Shown in pieces: positions 9,528 to 17,978 of a stretch of DNA of 64,000 nucleotides. How positions within the stretch are numbered: position 1 is the stretch's first letter; each line of letters starts with the position of its first letter. The DNA is taken from IMG/VR virus record IMGVR_UViG_3300046507_000773, positions 62,001 to 126,000 of that record. One strand, 5' to 3'. A program made the position numbers and the translations under genes. The notes beneath the pieces were generated by a model that saw only the letters and a program-made list of their open reading frames with translations, made no database searches and was not told the DNA's origin.

Positions 9528-9995
9528 ATGAGCTTTCGTCAAATGGTCCTGCTGGTCCTTATCGCTTTAGCTTTGCCCTTTCTGGTGCTTCCCAGGAGCG
9601 CCTGGTCCCAAGAACTGGCACAAGAAGCAGTATCACAATGTCCCGCGGAATATCCGCGGCGCAGCGTCAAACTCCCCGATATGCCGAAAGGCTGGATGGG
9701 GAAGGTCAACTTCGAGCCGAAGCTGCAAAGTGCAGGAATCATCCAGGGCAATCCCTTTGCCCTAGGTGAGCTCGCACCGATTAGCGAGTACAAGAAAGAC
9801 GGGAAGACGTTCGCGTACTTCTCGAATTTCCCGGAAGGCTCGCAGCGCGATGTCTACCTGTCGTGCAACTACGGCTACCTCGGCGAGATCCAGCTCTTCA
9901 AGAAGCTGCCGGTCACCGTCAAGCAATGTACCTTCCAATACAAGGACGACACCGAGAATCATATCCTCGTCCTTGAAAGTCTCACCTGTAGTTAA
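9528..9995 (+). CDS. Periplasmic immunity-like protein (Tai2/STY0301-like)
   Basis: Sec signal ending AWS-Q. Pattern CP...P.GW...G.P...L.P...LSCNYG...LP...C...C; 7 nt downstream of the amidase gene. Confidence 0.7.
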   Translation: MSFRQMVLLVLIALALPFLVLPRSAWSQELAQEAVSQCPAEYPRRSVKLPDMPKGWMGKVNFEPKLQSAGIIQGNPFALGELAPISEYKKDGKTFAYFSNFPEGSQRDVYLSCNYGYLGEIQLFKKLPVTVKQCTFQYKDDTENHILVLESLTCS

Positions 9996-10049
9996 ACCCA
10001 TGCCCCGCAGTACCCCTGCGGGGAATAAACTTCCTAAGAAAGGAAAACC

Positions 10050-10619
10050 GTGTCGCACACTACTTCTATTCGTATCGAAACCGAAGGTCTCGGCCTCGGT
10101 CCTGCTGCAACTATCTTGAACGAAATGCGTGCAGCTTACGGCAACCCGATGCACGCTATCGGTCGCGCCATGAACAACCTCATCAATCGCATCACGAGTG
10201 AGACCCGTGACCCGGTTGCCATCGAACTGCGCTTCGATGAGAAAGGCTCGATCAATGCATTCGAGCAGTTCCGTTTTACCAAGCCCGGTAAGAAGGTCGA
10301 GTTCTACGTCGAATACAACAACGGCGGTGAACACGAATTCGATCGTGAAGTCAACCACAAGTTTATCGGTGGTCAACAATTCGAGACGCGCGCAATCGCC
10401 CTGATCGAAATGGCCAGTGTCGACAGTGATCGTGTCTGCACCGCTGGTATGTCGGCAATGATCCGCGGCTTCATCAACCAAGCATCGGTCTTCGCCCAGA
10501 AGCACTCCATCGCCGTGGACGACGATGGTGTTACGGTGGCTCTGTGGTTCAAGAACGACCGCGAGAAGATCGTCGGTATGATGGGCATCCACTTCCCTGG
10601 CCTGAAGGTGAAAGCGTGA
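10050..10619 (+). CDS. Hypothetical protein (paralog of next gene)
   Basis: RBS AAGGA with GTG start. Confidence 0.7.
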   Translation: MSHTTSIRIETEGLGLGPAATILNEMRAAYGNPMHAIGRAMNNLINRITSETRDPVAIELRFDEKGSINAFEQFRFTKPGKKVEFYVEYNNGGEHEFDREVNHKFIGGQQFETRAIALIEMASVDSDRVCTAGMSAMIRGFINQASVFAQKHSIAVDDDGVTVALWFKNDREKIVGMMGIHFPGLKVKA

Positions 10620-11155
10620 AGACTCACAACGAGAACCTCAACATTTCGTACGATCAGTTCGAGCCTGACGAACTTTTCTTCGTGTTTGCTCACAACTTCA
10701 TGCGAGCAGGTCTTCCTACCGCCATGCGTCAAGCGCTCGAAGCAGCGGTGGATGAACAGATTTTGCATGAAATGAAAGACCCCGAGTGCAAAATCGGCTA
10801 TCGGGCGACTCGCTCCACCTACGGTAAGGAGCAGCACCTGAACTACTTCGAAGAGTTCATCGTCAACCAGGCTCTGGGTGGTCGCATTCGCATATATGCG
10901 GAGTTTGCCAATGATCCTAATCATCGGATCGATGCAACTAAAAATCACATACTGATTGATGTGGATGAAAAATCATCCGACCAGCTTATGCCAATCATGT
11001 CTGAAATTTACCATACCTACTTGGAGGACATTGCCATGTTCTGGTCAAGTCACGCTGACAGCATCAGCTACGTCAAAGACGACAAGACTTCCACCATCGG
11101 GCTTTGGTTTGAACACGAGCACGGCAGGGCATTGGTGGCCGTAGAAATTAGCTAA
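10616..11155 (+). CDS. Hypothetical protein (paralog of previous gene)
   Basis: GTGA overlap with the upstream stop codon; shares FE.F...Y.E.NN/D and LWF motifs with it. Confidence 0.65.
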   Translation: MKTHNENLNISYDQFEPDELFFVFAHNFMRAGLPTAMRQALEAAVDEQILHEMKDPECKIGYRATRSTYGKEQHLNYFEEFIVNQALGGRIRIYAEFANDPNHRIDATKNHILIDVDEKSSDQLMPIMSEIYHTYLEDIAMFWSSHADSISYVKDDKTSTIGLWFEHEHGRALVAVEIS

Positions 11156-11221
11156 GCAGTATCCCTGACGGGAATGGCTCTTGTCAGGTTTTTTCTAATC
11201 GTTCCTAAGAAAGGAAACACC

Positions 11222-11728
11222 ATGAATACCACCATCAACAATGACGCCGTTGCCACCCAGCGCGAAATCCGTACCGACAGCGATCGTCTGTTTGCGGCGG
11301 TGTATGCCGCAACTGCTTCGATCGAATACAATGCTGAGTGGGCCAACGGCACCGGCTACTTGGGCGGCGCTACGTCGTACGAGAACCGTCACTTGGTTCC
11401 AATCGGCGAAGTGCGTCGTACCATCGATGACTTCGGTCGTCGCATCCTGCTCGTCGGTACTTTCTTCGGTCCGGCAGTCGTGTTCGATCGCTACGGTCCC
11501 AAAGAAAAGAACGGCGCCTACGTCTGCAACGTCAGCAACCAGCTGCGCGCCTGCGGTCTCGTGACTGGCTCGTCGGCATTGTCGTACAACGAGCTGATGG
11601 AAATCATCGGAAGCGAATACGACATCTCCTACGGCAACGTGGGTCAACGTGTCGAGAAGTTCCGTAAAGCAGTCACGCTGTACGAGCGTGTGGATGCTGG
11701 CCTCGAAAAACCCACTCCTCGCATGTAA
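11222..11728 (+). CDS. Conserved phage hypothetical protein
   Basis: RBS AAGGA; motifs WANGTGY, DDFGRRILLVGT and VVFDRY. Confidence 0.75.
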   Translation: MNTTINNDAVATQREIRTDSDRLFAAVYAATASIEYNAEWANGTGYLGGATSYENRHLVPIGEVRRTIDDFGRRILLVGTFFGPAVVFDRYGPKEKNGAYVCNVSNQLRACGLVTGSSALSYNELMEIIGSEYDISYGNVGQRVEKFRKAVTLYERVDAGLEKPTPRM

Positions 11729-11734
11729 AATGCC

Positions 11735-12010
11735 GTGAAGCGCTTTCTTAAGTTTAGCGCTGTCCTCGTGTGCCTACTGCTCGTTGCAGTGGGCATCTTC
11801 GACATAGAGCTTTTGAAGTTAGTTCCTAGCTTCTTGGTTCTTTGGTATTTCTGCCCCCACTTCAACATTCTGGGTGGTAGTTGCGGGGATGAGATCGAAA
11901 TCATCCTGTACTTTATTTTCCAGCTCACGGTAACGGGAATTGGATTTTGGATTATTTACGCCATTTACATGGGAGCATGCGAATGGTGGAATGAAAGGAA
12001 AGTGAAATGA
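11735..12010 (+). CDS. Small membrane protein
   Basis: 2-3 hydrophobic segments. Confidence 0.55.
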   Translation: MKRFLKFSAVLVCLLLVAVGIFDIELLKLVPSFLVLWYFCPHFNILGGSCGDEIEIILYFIFQLTVTGIGFWIIYAIYMGACEWWNERKVK

Positions 12011-12384
12011 AAATCGTTGACCGTAAAACCTTCTTGGCCCTTCCCGATGGGACGGTGTTTCGCCGCTTTCTCGAGGGTACCATTCAGGAGACTCTTGAAG
12101 TCAAGGGAAATACCACCCGCGAAATGACGGATGATTTCGCCGGAGACTTCAACACCATGGAAGTCGGTGGCCGGATCGAGATGGAAGATCCGTCGAAAAG
12201 CGAGCATGTCGCGGCCGAGAAAGCGGCTGAAACCGGTGCGAGCCTTCCCATCATGTTCGACGGATGGGGACGCGACGGCGGCTACGACGAAGAAGAGTGG
12301 TACGCTGTCTACGAAGTCCAGGAGATGGCCGCCATGATCGCGATGCTGACCAAGTGCTATGACCAAGTTATGTTCGGTAAGTAA
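12007..12384 (+). CDS. Hypothetical phage protein
   Basis: N-terminus MKIVDRKTFLALPDGTVF; ATGA overlap with the upstream gene. Confidence 0.75.
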   Translation: MKIVDRKTFLALPDGTVFRRFLEGTIQETLEVKGNTTREMTDDFAGDFNTMEVGGRIEMEDPSKSEHVAAEKAAETGASLPIMFDGWGRDGGYDEEEWYAVYEVQEMAAMIAMLTKCYDQVMFGK

Positions 12385-12386
12385 TC

Positions 12387-12426
12387 CGGCATAAAGCCCA
12401 GTGACCCCTAACGGGAGTCACTGGGC
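12387..12426. terminator. Hairpin terminator between convergent genes
   Basis: Stem GCCCAGTGAC...GTCACTGGGC; TTTATGCCG tail on the minus strand. Confidence 0.7.
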
Positions 12427-12463
12427 GATTCAAATAGTCTACTCGACTATTTTTTTTTGCTTC

Positions 12464-13156
12464 CTACTTGTGCTTCTCAGCCCAGAGCTTGTCCATGGTG
12501 GCACGGAACTTGGGCATGCGAGCGTAAATGCGTCCTGGATATCGGCTGTTGATTTCGCAGAACGATTCACCGTAACCGGCTACCTTGACAGTCGCCTGGG
12601 GGCACTGGGTATCCAGATTACGATCCCAGAGCTTGGGATTGCAGTCCGGTTGTGAACGGCAGAGGCGCTGACGCTTTGCAACACTGCCGGCGCCGCCATT
12701 ATAGGCCGCTCCGTCGCATTTTAAAGCGTTGGTGCTGTCTGCCATCAAGATTGCACAAGAACGGTGCTGAGCCTTGTTTTTGAGGATTACAGCACGCATC
12801 TGGAAACGGACAGCTTGGCAGTCACGCCAGTTCCATTCAGCCAGGTCTTTGCTCAGCCGTTTAGTCTCGGCAAGTGCGTCGAAACGCACGTTACCTTTAA
12901 CGTCAGTGGCGAGCGTGAATTGACCCAGGCCACAACCCAGTTCACGGGAAGTCTTCAGCGTAGCCGTCGGTTTCCAGTTGCTTTCCTGGTCGATGAGGCC
13001 GGCCGGGAAAACGTAGTCTGGAATGTCGGGCCAGTACGTGATGGTTTCTTCCACCAGCTGGGGCAGAAGCTTCGGGGATTCACCGGGAAGCTTGACATCT
13101 GCCAGAGCAGTCGAACTCAGCAGTACGAGGAAGAAAGCGAGAAAAAGCTTCTTCAT
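12464..13156 (-). CDS. Secreted SLT-family lytic transglycosylase (endolysin candidate)
   Basis: Start MKKLFLAFFLVLLSSTALA is a signal peptide. Motifs QESNW, GLGQF and AAYNGG; 8 Cys. Confidence 0.85.
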   Translation of the reverse strand: MKKLFLAFFLVLLSSTALADVKLPGESPKLLPQLVEETITYWPDIPDYVFPAGLIDQESNWKPTATLKTSRELGCGLGQFTLATDVKGNVRFDALAETKRLSKDLAEWNWRDCQAVRFQMRAVILKNKAQHRSCAILMADSTNALKCDGAAYNGGAGSVAKRQRLCRSQPDCNPKLWDRNLDTQCPQATVKVAGYGESFCEINSRYPGRIYARMPKFRATMDKLWAEKHK

Positions 13157-13536
13157 ACGAACTCGCACAGTTTCATGAGCACCCAGAAGCGCATGACGTA
13201 CAGGCCGATGTTCACCAGGTACACGACGAGGGTTCCGTGTTCGTGCGTCTTGAGGTCGTTGACCATCGCTTGGAAATCGATCTTCGGCGAGACGGCCAGA
13301 CGAATCCACAGCAGCGAGACTTCGAACCAGGTCATGATCGACACGGCGCGGAAGATGATGAGCAGTTCGGGGAACTTGCCCACGATGTCACTGCCACCGA
13401 AACGACCAGCTTGCACCAGCAGCTCGAGACAGAGGCCAGCCATCAGCGTCATGCCGATGAGCCAGAAGGAACGCACAGCGGTGCGCTTGAACATGCTACC
13501 GAATTTGGTAGCGAAGAACTTTTGGAAGAAATGCAT
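13153..13536 (-). CDS. Holin-like multi-pass membrane protein
   Basis: Three hydrophobic segments; translationally coupled to the SLT gene. Confidence 0.55.
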   Translation of the reverse strand: MHFFQKFFATKFGSMFKRTAVRSFWLIGMTLMAGLCLELLVQAGRFGGSDIVGKFPELLIIFRAVSIMTWFEVSLLWIRLAVSPKIDFQAMVNDLKTHEHGTLVVYLVNIGLYVMRFWVLMKLCEFV

Positions 13537-13545
13537 GGTGTACTC

Positions 13546-13857
13546 CTAACGGGGTTTAGTTGGGTTGGCAGAAAGCTTGCAATGGTCTTTCTGAAATTCA
13601 TCGAGCAGCTTACAGAGGACACATCCCCACATTCGCTTCTCTTGCATCGCGTAATAAGCGCGAGTGCTGATGTACTCGTTGAAGGAGCCATTGAGCAAGA
13701 CGTTACCCGTCAAGTCAAAGGCCTTGTAGATGTCCCACGCCTTGAGGGGGTTCCACAACGCAGCGCCCACGATCCGCAAAGCGGCCAGTGGGAGACAGGC
13801 GATAATGAACAGTCCCACCGCAAGTGCGACGAGGCGCATGCGAATCGCTTGAATCAT
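13546..13857 (-). CDS. Small phage membrane protein often found beside lysis/tail genes
   Basis: TM N-terminus and pattern D..GNVLLNG...E.IS.RA...WGCVLCKLLD...DHC. Confidence 0.65.
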   Translation of the reverse strand: MIQAIRMRLVALAVGLFIIACLPLAALRIVGAALWNPLKAWDIYKAFDLTGNVLLNGSFNEYISTRAYYAMQEKRMWGCVLCKLLDEFQKDHCKLSANPTKPR

Positions 13858-13919
13858 GGCGTTCTCCTTACAAAAAAAATGCCATAAAATGACGGTATTT
13901 TTTCCACCGGGAAATTGAA

Positions 13920-13947
13920 CAGCATAAACGGGGACCCGAAGGTCCCC
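13920..13947 (-). terminator. Terminator after the tail-fibre operon
   Basis: GGGGACC-CGAA-GGTCCCC hairpin (UUCG loop on the minus strand) followed by GTTTATGCTG. Confidence 0.75.
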
Positions 13948-13952
13948 ATTCA

Positions 13953-16055
13953 TTAGGCCACCTGAACCAGGCGAACCGGACGGCAACGAAGCGTCGTCGT
14001 CTTTGCCGAATAGTTTTCCGTACCAGCCGAGCTCATGAGCTTGGTCTTGGCTTGGTAGTAGTAATCGGTGTGATACGCACCTGGCGTGTAACTCACGACA
14101 CCGTAGGCCTGATACTGGCAAGACCAACGCGTTGTGTTAAGCGAACCAGGCTGACCGTTGGGGCCGATACTGAAGAAGTAACCGACGCTTTGGTTGACTA
14201 CAGTACCTTTGCTGCACGAGGCAGGCGGGCTCGATGGATCACTTGGGCCGTACCAGGCAGACGCCGAGTAAGGACCGTCGGTCTGCGTGTAGTAACCGTA
14301 GTTCGGGGTCGACGCATCCTGGTAGGTGTTACTCCAGTTATACGCCGTGCTCGTCCAGTAGTAACCCGTTTCCAGGAACGCTTCTGCACCACCCGCCTTG
14401 TAAGCAGCCGGAGCCGTCGCCAGACTTGGGCGCATGGTCGTCCAGATGAGTTGCAGAACTTTCAGAGCCGGAACTTGCCAATCATTAAAGCCGCCGATTG
14501 TCAAGCCCTTCACCGTGTTGACCACAGTGCCCGCATTCGAACTTGCCACCAGTGCAGTCGTGTTCGCCGTCGAATCATTGTCCGACGTATTGAACGTCTG
14601 AGCAACGCTGGAAGTGAGCGGGGCGGAAATCTCTGCAGACTTCGGCGCCACGATCACAGCGAAAGTACCCACGCCGATTTGGATGTCACCAGCGTAGAAA
14701 CCACCACCGAACGTTTGACCCACCACGGTAGGACGCGGGTCCCACTTAGCGATGAACGACACATCCGCTGTCCAAGCCGAGTAACCGTACTTCGCACCGC
14801 GATGGCGTGCACGAGCGTAGTACGTTCCGTTTTGCACCAAGATGCCCGGAGCGACATTGATCGTGAGCTTGTTGACCAGATCGTTGACCGACGACCAGAC
14901 ACGCGTGCCAGAACCATTCGGACCCGTCCACACTTCCCAATCCGTTCCTGCATGGGTATCGGTGCTGCCGATGACCGCAAATGCAGTAGTCGTAATGGTT
15001 GGCGTTTCCGTGTTCGTCTGTGCTCCTGGCGTAGGTGCTGTGAGCGACGGTTGCTTGATGCTGATGCTGGCCGTGCTGAACGACGTAGCAACAGACCAAT
15101 CGGACCACACGCCTTCGATGTCCTGATAGCGGCATCGCCAGTAGAACGTCGTACCCGGCGGGAAGAGCGTATCGGGTTTGAACGACAACGCAGCCGCAAT
15201 CGTCTTGTCGTACAGCAGGTTCGAGAAGTCAGGCGTGGTCGATACCTGGAACTGCGCTGCACCTTGCGGTACACCGTAGAGACTCTGGTAGCGATACGTC
15301 ATGAGAGGCGACTCCAACGGCACATTGGAATCACTCGGGATGGGTGAGATGTTCAGCGGCTGACGAACGACTGCCAGTTGTTTTGCCACGTCACTTGCCA
15401 GAGCAAAGGTCGGATGGGGATTCGCTGCATCGATGTGTTGCTGCATCGTACCCGAAGCACCTGCGCCACTTACCGTTTCCGCGTCACTCAACGCCCGCTT
15501 GATGAAGTCCGACAACGCCTGCTGCGCTGCTTGATTGCCGGTTGCGACCGCGACCTTCAAGCGCTTAATGGCTTCCACCAAATGCGCCATGCCGTAGATC
15601 GTGATCGAATGCTGCTTGTGCGCTTTTGGATTAAAGAGCTCAGGCACCCCAACCAGATCAGTGAATGGAATGTCTTCGCCATCGACGTCGACGGAATCGA
15701 CGATTTGAATCAGCGCTCGGCGGGAAGTGCTTTCCTCACCACCCAGAACCTGGTAGGTAAGTTCCACAGGACCCATCACGTTTTCATCCGTAATGAGAAC
15801 GATCGCACAGATCGACTTCCCGTATTTGGCAGTTAAGGCAACGTCCATTTCACTGGGGCGAAATTGCACACCCGGTGTCAAGGGCTGACCAGAGGCAAGG
15901 TCTTTGACATGCATGGTCTTGCCGAAGAACAGGCCGTAATCTGGGAGTACGGCCCGTACCTTCCTACCGTTGAGCGCATGGGATTCTCCTGAGACTTTGT
16001 TGGATGCTTTCACACCCGTTTCGTCCAAGGGATATTTCAAGAGAATATCCGACAT
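13953..16055 (-). CDS. Tail fibre / receptor-binding protein paralog 4 (attachment domain, 2 FN3-like repeats, DUF1566/CLec-like tip with large insert)
   Basis: N-terminal YPLDETG..N.V.GE motif; FN3-like YWRCRY..WSDWS and YARARH..YSAW; tip motifs GGFYAG, GFNDWQVP, YWTST and RCRPVRLV. Confidence 0.8.
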   Translation of the reverse strand: MSDILLKYPLDETGVKASNKVSGESHALNGRKVRAVLPDYGLFFGKTMHVKDLASGQPLTPGVQFRPSEMDVALTAKYGKSICAIVLITDENVMGPVELTYQVLGGEESTSRRALIQIVDSVDVDGEDIPFTDLVGVPELFNPKAHKQHSITIYGMAHLVEAIKRLKVAVATGNQAAQQALSDFIKRALSDAETVSGAGASGTMQQHIDAANPHPTFALASDVAKQLAVVRQPLNISPIPSDSNVPLESPLMTYRYQSLYGVPQGAAQFQVSTTPDFSNLLYDKTIAAALSFKPDTLFPPGTTFYWRCRYQDIEGVWSDWSVATSFSTASISIKQPSLTAPTPGAQTNTETPTITTTAFAVIGSTDTHAGTDWEVWTGPNGSGTRVWSSVNDLVNKLTINVAPGILVQNGTYYARARHRGAKYGYSAWTADVSFIAKWDPRPTVVGQTFGGGFYAGDIQIGVGTFAVIVAPKSAEISAPLTSSVAQTFNTSDNDSTANTTALVASSNAGTVVNTVKGLTIGGFNDWQVPALKVLQLIWTTMRPSLATAPAAYKAGGAEAFLETGYYWTSTAYNWSNTYQDASTPNYGYYTQTDGPYSASAWYGPSDPSSPPASCSKGTVVNQSVGYFFSIGPNGQPGSLNTTRWSCQYQAYGVVSYTPGAYHTDYYYQAKTKLMSSAGTENYSAKTTTLRCRPVRLVQVA

Positions 16056-16072
16056 GCAAATGCTCCTAATTG

Positions 16073-17932
16073 TTAAGTGAGGCTCTTGAGATTGATCAAG
16101 CGTACTGCTCGCACAATCTGGCTGGTGGTTTTAACGGCTGGCGTAGGCACGCTGTTGTCCAGCATCGAGTGCGACACGGCCTGGTAAAGGGTCGTGCCAT
16201 TCGATGCCACGTCTTCAGCAGTCGAACTCCAGTAACTCGTTCCCGTTGCCAAGGTTTCAGAACCGCCAGATGCAAACGTCGCTGGGATGCCCGATGCGGT
16301 CGGTCGCAAGAACTCGAAGATCTTCTTGAGAACGCCTTCAGAAGGAATCTGCCAATCCGTGTAGCCGCCCGTTGACAACCCTTTCACATAATTCGCCGCA
16401 GGGGAGTTACCCGCCGTGTAGAACTGCGAAGTGTTGTAGACAGCATCGAGCACCTCGTACGCCGCAATACGCGTATTGACGCTTTGCAGAGCGAGCGAAC
16501 TTTCCGTCGACTTGGGAGCCAGCACGATCGCAAAATCGTTCCGGTCAATGGTGACGGTGCCTGCAAAGAGACCGCCTTGGAAGGCAGTACCGATTGCCGT
16601 TGGCAAGAAGACGTTGGCCGTCATGAAGACGCAGTCGTCGGTCCACTGCGAAGAACCGTTGGCCGCACTGTTGTGACGGGCACGTGCGTAGTACTTGGTA
16701 CTTGCCGCCAGTTTGCTTGCTGCCACCGTGATCGATGTTTTGTTCGTCGTGTCGTTGAGCGAAGAGAACACGATAGTGCCGCTACCGTTAGGACCGGTCG
16801 ATACCTGCCAGTCGGTAGAAGCATGCGTGTCATTCACACCCAGCGTTGCAAATGCCGTCGTTGCCAGAACAGGTGTTGCACCCACGGCGGTTGCATTGTT
16901 ACCTGGACGCGTCATCGAAGGCGACACGATACCCGAAGCAATCGTCACAAAGCTCGTCACTTGCGACCACTCGGACCAAGCGAGTTCTTCGCTACGGTAA
17001 CGGCAACGCCAGTAGTAACGGCGACCCGGATCGAGGACACCAGCAAAAGCCGTCGTGTAACCGGCGTAAGTATTCGTTTTGTCGAACACCACACTCGTGA
17101 AAGCTGCGTCGGTAGCAATCTGGAACTGCGCCCCGTTTTGCTCCTCTTCGTACAGGCCGAAGTACTTGCCGCCGTGCAGATTGATGTTGGTTCGCGAAAC
17201 GTTCGCAGCACCATCGACAGGCGACTGGTTCACCGGAGGACGCACCATCGGCACCGCTTTAGCGATGTCAGCAATGCGAGCGTATTGCGGGTGCACGTTC
17301 GGATCATCCGTGTGCTGTTTGATCTGGACCTGGACCGAGTTACTCGAATCACGAGCAATCGTGTCCGCATTTGTCTTGGCGTAATCCTTGATCGCGTCGG
17401 TGTACTTTGGATCGTAGTCGATCTTGTCGGTAGCCAGTCGGTTGATTGCCATGACGGCGATCTCGTGGCCGCTTACCACACCTTTGTAAAACTGCGGACC
17501 TTCCGTGCTGAGTTGCTCAACAGGAGTTAGCAGAGCCTGCCAATCACTGGAGCGATCGTTCTTCACACGGCGTTTCAAAAGGTCGACGATGTTCTGTGCT
17601 GATACTGCAAAGTCCCCGCCCAATACCTGATAGTTGACAGCCACTTCGTTGATGGAAGTATCCGTCACCACGATAAGACCGGCTACCGTCTTACCGAAAC
17701 GCGCCGAGGGCACATCGTAGCGATACGCCACGTAATACTGCGTGCCGTACGTGAGAGGCAAGCCGTTGGCCGTATTGACCACCGAAATGCCGTCACGAAA
17801 GAAAGCGCCGTATTTAGGAGCGATCACACGCAGCTTCAGATCCGGTGGGAACGGGTAACGCTCCCCTGCCACCTTGTTATTGACGCTGGTGCCCGTGGGG
17901 TCCAGCGGATAACCGAAAGTGTCTGTTGCCAT
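16073..17932 (-). CDS. Tail fibre / receptor-binding protein paralog 3 (no insert)
   Basis: Same architecture: YPLDPTG, VHPQY, 2 FN3-like repeats, GYTDWQIPS, YWSST and VRAVRLI. Confidence 0.8.
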   Translation of the reverse strand: MATDTFGYPLDPTGTSVNNKVAGERYPFPPDLKLRVIAPKYGAFFRDGISVVNTANGLPLTYGTQYYVAYRYDVPSARFGKTVAGLIVVTDTSINEVAVNYQVLGGDFAVSAQNIVDLLKRRVKNDRSSDWQALLTPVEQLSTEGPQFYKGVVSGHEIAVMAINRLATDKIDYDPKYTDAIKDYAKTNADTIARDSSNSVQVQIKQHTDDPNVHPQYARIADIAKAVPMVRPPVNQSPVDGAANVSRTNINLHGGKYFGLYEEEQNGAQFQIATDAAFTSVVFDKTNTYAGYTTAFAGVLDPGRRYYWRCRYRSEELAWSEWSQVTSFVTIASGIVSPSMTRPGNNATAVGATPVLATTAFATLGVNDTHASTDWQVSTGPNGSGTIVFSSLNDTTNKTSITVAASKLAASTKYYARARHNSAANGSSQWTDDCVFMTANVFLPTAIGTAFQGGLFAGTVTIDRNDFAIVLAPKSTESSLALQSVNTRIAAYEVLDAVYNTSQFYTAGNSPAANYVKGLSTGGYTDWQIPSEGVLKKIFEFLRPTASGIPATFASGGSETLATGTSYWSSTAEDVASNGTTLYQAVSHSMLDNSVPTPAVKTTSQIVRAVRLINLKSLT

Positions 17933-17956
17933 TCTTTACTCCTGCTTGAATAGAAA

Positions 17957-17976
17957 AGGGAGGCCGAAGCCTCCCC
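17957..17976 (-). terminator. Intrinsic terminator between fibre genes
   Basis: GGGAGGC-CGAA-GCCTCCC hairpin with a U-tract on the minus strand. Confidence 0.7.
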
Positions 17977-17978
17977 GC

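Noticed and set aside
12464-13309. Track start at 13309 for the transglycosylase (also the extended starts at 14127, 31818, 35465 and 41113)
   Set aside because: The extensions overlap other genes or intergenic signals. Downstream ATGs with an RBS, translational coupling or a signal peptide are more plausible.
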